Shown here in pieces: positions 1-8,900 of a DNA stretch of 32,000 nt (its first letter is position 1; the number at the start of each line of letters is the position of its first letter). Under the pieces are notes generated by a model that was given only the letters and a program-made list of their open reading frames with translations, searched no databases and was not told the origin of the DNA. Source of the stretch: Candidatus Hermodarchaeota archaeon (GTDB taxonomy: Archaea > Asgardarchaeota > Heimdallarchaeia > Hodarchaeales > Hodarchaeaceae); NCBI GenBank assembly GCA_048886185.1, contig JBHLKY010000016.1, forward strand, positions 60,001 through 92,000, given 5' to 3'. The translations under genes and the position numbers were made by a program.

Positions 1-2145
1 TATTGTCTTTCTTTCATCCCCCGATCGCCATAAGTAATATTTCAAAATTCGACTTCTGTTAAATAGTTGGTTTTTATTACGCTCAAGGTAACTCATGATC
101 TTCTTGTTTGTGCTGATTTCATCGTTTCGATAGTTAGGAGCAAAAAGAACCTCTCTTTCCGTTCTCCAAAGTGAGAATTGCGTAATGTCTTTTCCTTTGA
201 TCCAAGGTTTGACATGGGATTTGTTAATCTTTAAGACTCTGGAAAAATAGAATGGGTCTTTCGGTGCAAAAATATGATCACAACCAGTTTCAATTCCCTT
301 GCTAATATTAGCTACGTCTTTAAGTGTCAGATTAGAATTTTCTCTAATTCTATAAAGGATATTAAGCTTAAGCCAATCAAGCAAAATCCATTTTTCTGGC
401 TTTAGATTAAATTGATAGACTCTACAGGGTTTTCTTAAAACTTGAGAGCCATTTTTTTGGTACTTGTTATAGATAAAACTTTGATCAGCGGGAGTATGAG
501 ACTTCTTCAAATGTATAATGATACTCTTAATATTTATATTCTGAAATAGTGTAAAATCTGTCAAGTCATGTATTTCTAGAATGCTTGCTGATTTAGAAAT
601 ACATTTTCTGATTTTCCTTGCATATAGACTGTGTAATATATATTTTGGGAGAATGAAAGATAGAATTCCGTTGTTGGTATTTAAAGCTGACAATGCTCTC
701 GTAATAAAAAAATAAGATAGATCATTATTCCCAGTATATATTTCTGGATATACTTTTTGTAACATTTTTCGTACAATCATCGGCATATCCGTTAATGCTA
801 CAAATGGGGGATTGCCAATGATTAAATCAAACTTCGGGAAGTTAAAATCTGCCCAATGGAATTTTAATATTAAATTCCTTTTGCTTTCTAGATGATAAGC
901 CAATGATTTATCTACAGATAGATCTATTGGGGATGAGAAAACAGCATAGAGTTTAAAATCAGATATTTGAGAACTTGAAATTGAGTATCGGATTTTCTTT
1001 AAAATTTTACTGTCAAGACTTTCCTTTTCACGATTCCAGACTGCCCTATCCCCTTCTAAAATGAAATATTGAAATCCTGGATACTTCAATAAGCTAGCAC
1101 AAGTATTGAAAAGCTGATTAATCTTTTGGTTCGTGGTCGAAGGAATCATGATTTCATATATATTGAATTGTTCGAAAAAATAATGATCATAATAAAGGTC
1201 TAGTAACGTTTTTCTCTTCTTTAACTCCATTTCGACAATTTTATTTTCACTGTATTCTAATGGTAATTTTTGAAAGCCAAAAAGGGCGTCTCCACTGTAA
1301 AGATTACATTTAAAACTGATTGGATCAGTTAAATTGAAACTCTTCTGATTATAAATCCACAACCAAAATTTCATTTGTGAAATTCTGATAGCTATCGGAT
1401 CTATATCTATTCCATAGAGGTTTCTTTTCAATATCAGAGATTTTATTTTCTCTATGGATAGAGTTGGGTTTAGAATCCTTAAAATCCGTATTAACAGATT
1501 TGCAGCTGCAAATAGAAACACACCAGTACCTAATGCAGGGTCACAAATTTTGATCGATTCCACTTTCCCCAGAATAATGTGTTTTGTTTTGAGATCTAAT
1601 TCATCTATCTGGCGTAGATCAGAAAAGGTATTACTAAATTCATGGAAATTGTTTCTTAACCAGTAAATAAAGCTTTCTTCTGCTATATAGGCTGCAAACT
1701 GATAAGGAGTATAAACATTTCCAGCAATTTTTTTTGAAGTGGAAAAATATTTTCTTAATTGAGTTACAAGAGTATCAAAGATTTCTAGGGTAATTAGACT
1801 TTCAGAATTGGTTTTACAATCAGAATAATCTCTAATCCATATAAATTTTTGTGAAAGATTATCAGCAATGGGCCCCCAGTCAATTGAATTTATCTTATTA
1901 TTCTGAAACTTTTTTTTGGCCTTTTTTCTAATAGGAAAAAGGATTTCTAGAGTTACTAAACTTGAAATGTTTTCTATTAAAAGAAATATATCTTTTGGGT
2001 TGCCATGATAGTTATATACTTCTATCCAATTTTTGAAGCGTTTTCCTGAAGACGAGGGAATGTTTTCTGGATTTAAAAAGAGTAGACAAGTGAATTTCAG
2101 CACTATGTTTAAGCTCTCTTCCTCACTTAATTTCAATGAGTTCAA
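1..2145 (-). CDS. Gamma-class N6-adenine DNA methyltransferase with TaqI/Eco57I-type target recognition domain; C-terminus runs off the window, start uncertain
   Basis: Hand translation: the minus frame is open from 2247 to base 1, and is absent from the ORF track because there is no stop in the window. Motif X GNVYTP, motif I ICDPALGTGVF (Asp codon 1542), YGIDID, GDALFG (1290), motif IV DLIIGNPPFV (Asn codon 813), TRD-type KGIETGCD. No in-frame ATG near the 5' end; TTG at 2145/2136 or GTG at 2103 are candidates. Confidence 0.88.
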   Translation of the reverse strand, partial: MNSLKLSEEESLNIVLKFTCLLFLNPENIPSSSGKRFKNWIEVYNYHGNPKDIFLLIENISSLVTLEILFPIRKKAKKKFQNNKINSIDWGPIADNLSQKFIWIRDYSDCKTNSESLITLEIFDTLVTQLRKYFSTSKKIAGNVYTPYQFAAYIAEESFIYWLRNNFHEFSNTFSDLRQIDELDLKTKHIILGKVESIKICDPALGTGVFLFAAANLLIRILRILNPTLSIEKIKSLILKRNLYGIDIDPIAIRISQMKFWLWIYNQKSFNLTDPISFKCNLYSGDALFGFQKLPLEYSENKIVEMELKKRKTLLDLYYDHYFFEQFNIYEIMIPSTTNQKINQLFNTCASLLKYPGFQYFILEGDRAVWNREKESLDSKILKKIRYSISSSQISDFKLYAVFSSPIDLSVDKSLAYHLESKRNLILKFHWADFNFPKFDLIIGNPPFVALTDMPMIVRKMLQKVYPEIYTGNNDLSYFFITRALSALNTNNGILSFILPKYILHSLYARKIRKCISKSASILEIHDLTDFTLFQNINIKSIIIHLKKSHTPADQSFIYNKYQKNGSQVLRKPCRVYQFNLKPEKWILLDWLKLNILYRIRENSNLTLKDVANISKGIETGCDHIFAPKDPFYFSRVLKINKSHVKPWIKGKDITQFSLWRTEREVLFAPNYRNDEISTNKKIMSYLERNKNQLFNRSRILKYYLWRSGDERKTI

Positions 2146-2297
2146 TTGAGTATAAATGTTTAGAAGAGTATTGATGACATTCTTTGAGCTAGGCCTTCTT
2201 TTCGCAGATTGAGTTAGTTGATGATGAATATTTCTTTTCCTCCATCTTTAAACGATAGATGGGTAAGTATTTTAAAATTGGATGAGACTGTTTGGAA

Positions 2298-2696
2298 TTA
2301 ATTTGAGGAATCCTCTGCTTCACTGGAATCCTTTTCACGGGTTTCGCTTATTTTCTTCTTGATCTTATCCATTCCCTTATATATCCATTTACGGGGCTTA
2401 CTTGGCTCTTCCTCTTGAACAATAATGTCACCTTGCTCAATGAGAGTAATGAAGACTGTAGTAATGTTTTCTGAAACCCAGTTATCGAGTTCCTTTTTGG
2501 AAACAGACGGAAAGGCCGAATTTGACTGTAAAGCTTGTTCGAACACCATTTGATGTATTTTACGATGTTGTTGCTCCTTTAAATCATACCACAGGTTACG
2601 AATTAGCTTTCTTTCCTTGGTTCGTAAAGCTTCAATCTCGAGAAGAATTTCCCACACTTTTGAGGAAACAACAACAGGTTTTATTTTTTTGGGCAT
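2298..2696 (-). CDS. Hypothetical 132-aa protein, helical with charged C-terminal tail
   Basis: ATG-started ORF with protein-like composition, co-oriented and closely spaced with its neighbours; no family motif recognised. Confidence 0.7.
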   Translation of the reverse strand: MPKKIKPVVVSSKVWEILLEIEALRTKERKLIRNLWYDLKEQQHRKIHQMVFEQALQSNSAFPSVSKKELDNWVSENITTVFITLIEQGDIIVQEEEPSKPRKWIYKGMDKIKKKISETREKDSSEAEDSSN

Positions 2697-2740
2697 TAAT
2701 CGACCTCTGTGTTAATTGTAGCAGGATTTGACAATAAGTT

Positions 2741-3007
2741 TCAGTACATGTAATCTTTCTTGCTTTTATGGAAAATAAATCGATGGATTATTACAAGCCA
2801 AACAAAACAAAGGATACCCATTCCAATGAGAAGTATTGAGATCAAATTTTTAATCCAAGTTGCGTCTTCATAACCAGGAGGCGCTCTTGCTAATTGATCA
2901 GGGATAAGGGTAGGAATAAAGAGGCCAGCAAGTATTAGAATAAGAGCTGCTAGTCCTCCAATTATTTCTGTTCTAAATCTTTCTAATTGTCGTCCCCAGA
3001 AGGACAT
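2741..3007 (-). CDS. Small membrane protein with two predicted TM helices
   Basis: Hydrophobic stretches IIGGLAALILILAGLFIPTLI and LISILLIGMGILCFVWLVII, followed by a basic C-terminus. Confidence 0.75.
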   Translation of the reverse strand: MSFWGRQLERFRTEIIGGLAALILILAGLFIPTLIPDQLARAPPGYEDATWIKNLISILLIGMGILCFVWLVIIHRFIFHKSKKDYMY

Positions 3008-3188
3008 TTTGCCAAAAACTCCTTATTTTGTTTATTCTCTTTCTTTTTGTTCATAATTGTGTCGTTAGTTTAAGTGTCAAAGTAATAAGAAAAAGTTTTC
3101 CTTTATTGATTCTTTCTCAAATATTGAAAACTTAATGAGTTCCTTCATACCTATTTGATTAATATGTCCTTTATTATGAATCGTTAAA

Positions 3189-5675
3189 CTACTTCATCAT
3201 CTTTTTAAGGATAGCAATTTCGATTAAAAGACCCTGATAGATTTTTCCAAGTAACGATTCAAACTCATGAGAGTTTTCAAAATTAAGACTCTTTAAAATC
3301 AACAAATCAAGGATCTTTCGTGGTTTAAATTGAACTCCGACAATATTTTCAAAGTTAGGGAATTGATTTCTTAATAAATTGAAATCTTGATTATTAATCT
3401 CTGAAACAGGAACATTCATGGCTAGTTGTTGCCATATTGGAGGAAATTCCTTATCTTTGAGCTTTTCAAACAAATCGTAATATGGAAGTCTCTGTTCATC
3501 CGTCCATGAGCAAATATCAGGGAATTCTATGTCTTTAACGACGTACTCATGTAGTTGCATCCATGCACCACGAGTTTCTACTCTATTGAGGAAAATTTGA
3601 AGTAAATTTATCGTGCTATTGAAAAACAAACACAAGACCTTTGCATCCTCCATTGAAATACTTGGGAAACTCCACATTACTCCTGGTGGCGCTCTTTTTT
3701 GTTTACTAAAGAAAGAAAAGAGAAAAGTCCCTGAAGCGCTAATATCAAAGCGCCTAGCAATCATTAGATGAGTAAGTCTCTCTTCCACGTACGTTCTCCA
3801 ATCTTTGAGATTAATTGAAGAGATAGCGTTACTCCCCTTTTCTTCAGATCCAATAAACTCCTTAAATTGAGAGAATGAAGATGTAACTACAAACTCTCTT
3901 TTATTGCTAATGTCTAGTCTTTTCTCACCAGTTACTCGACGTAAATGCAGATGAACACACATTTTTGGTATTTTTATCTTTACTCTGGAATGACGATTGA
4001 CTGCATTGACATGAAATTGAGTTTCATCATCAGAAATCCAAATATCTCTTGGCTGTAGGTAATTGGATCCAAAGTCATTTAATACCATGTTTTGAATCTT
4101 GAAACCTCTTGAAGTCTCAATCCCACGTTTGCATTCAATCCCTTTTGATCTTAGAAACACGTCAAATTTAATCAATGCATGATGTTTTGTAATAACTTTC
4201 CATTTCTCATTTAGATCAAACTTACTCATTGTAGCTATAGGTAGAAAAAGATTATTAGAAGAGACTTTATCGGAGGAAACTTTTCTTTCTTCCCATAAAT
4301 CGGGTATTTTTCCTTGATTCAGAATGTTTTCAGGAAATTCTTTACTCTCAAGATCCTGAATGATGATATAAGTGATTTTTTTTGTGGATGCTTTTTTCTT
4401 GGCGATTAACACTACTTCTCGAAATGCAGTATTTTCAGAAAAATTTGGTTTATCTCGTTGACAAATGATATATTGAATTTGATAATGCTTCATTAACCAT
4501 TTTCTTATTTTGAGCGTTGTATCAATTCTTAAAAAGCTTGCAGGAATAATTACAGCTAGTTTTCCTCCTGGCTTTAGAAATCTATCAGCAAGAAAAATGA
4601 AATAACAATGATAACCCATTTTTTTATCAAAATGAGGTGAATATTCACTAAAAGCCTTCTCTAATTCATCCTTATAAGACATCCTAATTTTATTTAATGT
4701 TTCCTGTCGAACAAACGGTGGATTCATGATCACAAGATCAACAAAATCAAGAGTTATTTGTTTTGGGATATTTATTACAATTTCATCATTTATTATATGT
4801 GATAACAGTGTAACTTTAGTATTTGGGGTAACAAAAGTGGAATCACATACTGCTAATCTATTCTGATTAATATTCCAAAATGGCGACTGGAGACTAAGAT
4901 GGATTGCGGAAAGGTGGACTGCAAAAGGCATCACATCAAGACCTGTGATGTCAGAAGAGAGAAATCGTCGATGATCCTCAATCGAAAAGGTTCCTTTCTG
5001 GAATTTCAAAAGTTCTTTTTTACGCCTGTAGGCTGAAACTAATAGTGCTCCACTCCCACATGCTGGATCAAGAACTTTTACCGAGGGAATTGAAATAGCG
5101 AAATGACTCAAGAGTCTTGCAGTCTTAATCCCTGAATAATATGCCCCAATTTGTTTCCTTAGTGACAATGGGATTAAATTATTGAAAATGAGAGCTATTA
5201 TCTCATATTGAAGTAATTCTGGCTTCATATTAATAATTACTTTAATTGAATCCTTTATATGCTTGAAGGTGCTGTCATCTAAATCTTTAATAATGTTTAT
5301 ACTAAAAATAGGATCATATTTAAGTCTTAAAGCCTTCTTAAGAAACCTAGCTAAGTCATTTGGAGTGTTAAATGAGTTTAGATGAACTTTAGGGAGATCA
5401 CAACGTTTTTCACTCAATATTCGATAAACTATCATTTGAGCGAGTAATAAATATGCTGCACTAATCGTTATAGCTTTTTTTTGCTCTTTTTCTGTTTCAA
5501 GATGAAATCCAAACATATTAATAAACAAATTACTATTACCAAGGCGTGAAGAGAATTTGGAGGATAAATCATCAAGGATTCTTCGGAAAATCACTGTTAG
5601 TTCATATGGATCACTCATGGTAGTTCTTTGGGTATGGTTCACCTTGTCAAATCCTTTATAGTCATGCATGGCCAC
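3189..5675 (-). CDS. Gamma-class N6-adenine DNA methyltransferase (type IIG/Eco57I-like MTase-TRD, no evident nuclease domain)
   Basis: RKQIGAYYS (motif X), VLDPACGSGALL (motif I), ITGLDV, DLVIMNPPFV (motif IV), LKPGGKLAVIIP, RGIET and CLFFNS TRD segments. The listed start is GTG; an in-frame ATG lies just downstream. Confidence 0.9.
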   Translation of the reverse strand: MAMHDYKGFDKVNHTQRTTMSDPYELTVIFRRILDDLSSKFSSRLGNSNLFINMFGFHLETEKEQKKAITISAAYLLLAQMIVYRILSEKRCDLPKVHLNSFNTPNDLARFLKKALRLKYDPIFSINIIKDLDDSTFKHIKDSIKVIINMKPELLQYEIIALIFNNLIPLSLRKQIGAYYSGIKTARLLSHFAISIPSVKVLDPACGSGALLVSAYRRKKELLKFQKGTFSIEDHRRFLSSDITGLDVMPFAVHLSAIHLSLQSPFWNINQNRLAVCDSTFVTPNTKVTLLSHIINDEIVINIPKQITLDFVDLVIMNPPFVRQETLNKIRMSYKDELEKAFSEYSPHFDKKMGYHCYFIFLADRFLKPGGKLAVIIPASFLRIDTTLKIRKWLMKHYQIQYIICQRDKPNFSENTAFREVVLIAKKKASTKKITYIIIQDLESKEFPENILNQGKIPDLWEERKVSSDKVSSNNLFLPIATMSKFDLNEKWKVITKHHALIKFDVFLRSKGIECKRGIETSRGFKIQNMVLNDFGSNYLQPRDIWISDDETQFHVNAVNRHSRVKIKIPKMCVHLHLRRVTGEKRLDISNKREFVVTSSFSQFKEFIGSEEKGSNAISSINLKDWRTYVEERLTHLMIARRFDISASGTFLFSFFSKQKRAPPGVMWSFPSISMEDAKVLCLFFNSTINLLQIFLNRVETRGAWMQLHEYVVKDIEFPDICSWTDEQRLPYYDLFEKLKDKEFPPIWQQLAMNVPVSEINNQDFNLLRNQFPNFENIVGVQFKPRKILDLLILKSLNFENSHEFESLLGKIYQGLLIEIAILKKMMK

Positions 5676-5708
5676 TCATATTTAAGATTCCGACTAAAAT
5701 CGTTGAAG

Positions 5709-5747
5709 TTTATAAAGGCACATTAATAAAAGTATCCTCTTTATAAA
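5709..5747. promoter_or_regulatory. Candidate archaeal TATA boxes in the divergent MTase / polymerase intergenic region
   Basis: Two palindromic TTTATAAA octamers at 5709-5716 and 5740-5747; the first lies about 35-40 nt upstream of the MTase start. The AT-rich background limits confidence. Confidence 0.3.
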
Positions 5748-5993
5748 AGCCTAAAGGTATCATGTAGCTTTTTAAATCGAAATAAGTCACTTTATAATAC
5801 TTGATTAAGACGAGGGGCTTTTTCCAAATATGATACTCTTGTGTTTCAACAGCATCAAGAGGAAAATATCGCCTGAAAATTGCGATTGATATAAAAGGAA
5901 ACGATTAATACTCTAAAAATTCACATCTGGAACAGTAAGCTGCGTTCCTATTGATTTGTCGTGTGCTTGTAAATTGTAGTCTGGGTAGATTCC

Positions 5994-8900
5994 ATGTCGA
6001 AACAAGGTCAAATGAAGTCCTTTAATCCTGGTTATCGGTCATGGTTTACACCCTTTCGGTACAATCAGAGGGGACAAATTCCTATTTTCATATTAGACTA
6101 TGAAACTCATAGTGAATGGGAGGATACATATGAAGAATACCCTCAATACGAAAATAGGGAATATGGAAAATCAACATTAATAAATGGAATCCAGATTTAT
6201 TTTTTAGATGAAGAGTATCAGAAACATAAGGCATTTTTAAGACATGCGCCTTATTACTATTTATTACTTGAGAAAAATTTGCCACTACAAGAGATAAACA
6301 GAATAATAAACCAAATTAGGGAAGTTGGAGAGAAACAGGTAGTTAAAGTGGAGAAAGGAGAGTATTTTGACGCAGCTGATCTTACTTTTTTGGTAAAGCA
6401 ATCATTTCTAAAAGTAACAGCTGATCGTCCAGGATCAGTGCCAAATTTAAGGGCAAAGACCGAAGAAATATCTGGTGTGGAGGAATGGCGAGAAGCCGAT
6501 GTGCTGTTTCACCATCGTTGTGCAATAGATCATAATGTTCGTGTTGGAACATGGTACTTAGCTGAAATTAACCAAGGGGAAATTAGAAGTCTTTCTCCAA
6601 TTCCTGATAAAACACCACCCCACTTACGTCTCTTAGCTTTTGATATAGAGACAGATTTTGAGCGTACACGTGATCCCAATCCCAATAAAGACGAAATATC
6701 GATGATTTCAATCTTTACTGGTAGTGAAAACAGATTAATCATTAATTCAAAAGTCGTTAATACAAAAGACATTAAGAGTTTCGATATACTCCTGCGTCAA
6801 ATGGATGATGATCATCCGAAACCATGGGTCGATTGGGAATACTCTGAAACACCAAAGGTTAGTTCAGATGTCATCGAGAGATACTCTATACAAGTAATTA
6901 TCGTAAAATCAGAAAAAGAGTTAATTCAATTATTCTATCAATACGTGGATGAATATCGGCCTGATGTGATTACAGATTTCTTTGGAGGGCGATTTGATAT
7001 TCCCTTTCTTGCTATTCGTTCAGAAAAGCACAATATTTCATTTGAAAGGGAGACTGGTTTTGAGATCAAATTTAAAATCCAAAGAAGAAATCTAAGTAGA
7101 AAAGACCTCAATAAATATTATTCTTCAGCCCACATTGATCACGTGGCAGGTGCGGGAATCATCCACCTAGACGCATATCTGTTTAATGAAAAGTACAGTT
7201 ACCTTCCTAAAAAAGATCTGGGACTCAAACCAAGTGTTAAAAAGAAACTGAAAATTATTCCAATTGGGAGAGAAGCGCTATTTAACATCAAAAATGATCC
7301 TGTCTCAGCAGCTGCGTATGCTGGTTGTGATGGCTACATCACCTGGAAATATGTACGGGAACTTGTGCTAGATTTTTTCATTTCAATGGGTCAAATATTT
7401 CCAGTACCAGCTTCAGAATTGCTTACAAGGCGCGCAGGATCATTGGATGACCTCTTAATTGATGCGGAAGATTACCAACATCAAATAATTGGAAAAAGAC
7501 GTATTGGAAAAACTGATTTTCATTCTTTCTCCCCAAACATTATAATCGAGTCTTTGGCTTATACAGGAGGATTGGTTGAGGCTAAAAGACCAGGAATATG
7601 GCGAAGTGATCTTTATTATGATTACTCAGTTAATAAAGAAGCATTACTAGAGCTTAAAGAAATCATTCAAAATATAATTGTAAAAGAAAGCAATTTATTG
7701 GCTAAGAAAGTAATTAAAGAAGAATTTGAACAACAACTACTAGCAAAACTTGGGGAAGTGAAAGTAGAGTACATTGAAGATCCAATACAATACTTGAAAC
7801 AAATAGAGACTGTACTCTTAAAAAATGGTATTCCACCTCAAGAGCGCTCAAAAAAACTTAATTCAATCAGAAACGTTTTAGAAAAGATATCTACTCTTCA
7901 ACCTGAAAACGTAGAGGAAGTTACAACAAAAGTTTTGACTCAGATTGATGAATTAACTTCTTTAAATGGAAAAACTCAGCTTAGAGGTGTTCATGTTGAT
8001 GTAACTTCTATGTATCCTTCCCAAATCCGTCAATATAAACTTCAACCTTCAAGTATCGTTTCACTAACTAGATGTCAAGTATGTCAACTATATGAAAAAG
8101 ATAATAGTTGTTTCTTTGAAGGCGATTGGGTAATTAAGTTTACTGCAAATCGTCCTTGCAGGTTTAAAGATACAGGGCCTTCTAAATGTTCCTCTACAGT
8201 TTGTTCAGCTAAAAATGAAGCCCAATGTAAGAGATATGACCCTACTCAAAATGGTATCACTCGTTCGCAAGAAATTTTTGCTTTCGATGGAAAAAAGACA
8301 GAGGCATTTATTCTTAAAAATGGATTAGGGATTGAAAAAGTTCCTGTAAATCAAACATATCTAGGCTCAAGTTTATCTGGAAAGGATCCCTTTGTTGCAC
8401 TTCAACAGTGGCTTCGTAACTCAATTGAAGCAACCCAGCTTACAACACGCCTAGGTGAGAACCACTTCGATATTTTTGAGGATACACCAGAAGTAAATCT
8501 CCCACGTAATTCCTTTCTTAGTTTGGATGTTAGAACAAAGAAAATGACCATTTTGTTGTCAGTTAATTCACGAGTCTGTCAAAAAGCCTATAATTTTGTA
8601 GCTCGGATAATGGATGATTTTTTTGCAACGAGAGTTCGTCATAAAATAGAAGCTAAGCGGTTATCACAGATAATTTCTCAAAGGAGAATTCAGAAAAAAG
8701 AGATTCCTGCTAAGTTACAACGCCAACAAAAATTCCACGACAGTACACAGATTGGGATGAAGGTTCCACTAAACAGTATTTATGGTTTACTTGGGATGAA
8801 AGGTGGTGTTAGAAATGCTAGTATGCCTTGTGCTGGAATCACTACAAAATTATCTGCTGATTTGATATTTTGGGCTGCAAACCAGCTGGAGCAAATAGGT

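Noticed and set aside
1454-1666. 70-aa plus-strand ORF
   Set aside because: Antisense shadow of the motif-rich methyltransferase on the minus strand.
2522-2731. 69-aa plus-strand ORF
   Set aside because: Antisense overlap with the better-supported 132-aa ORF; no motifs.
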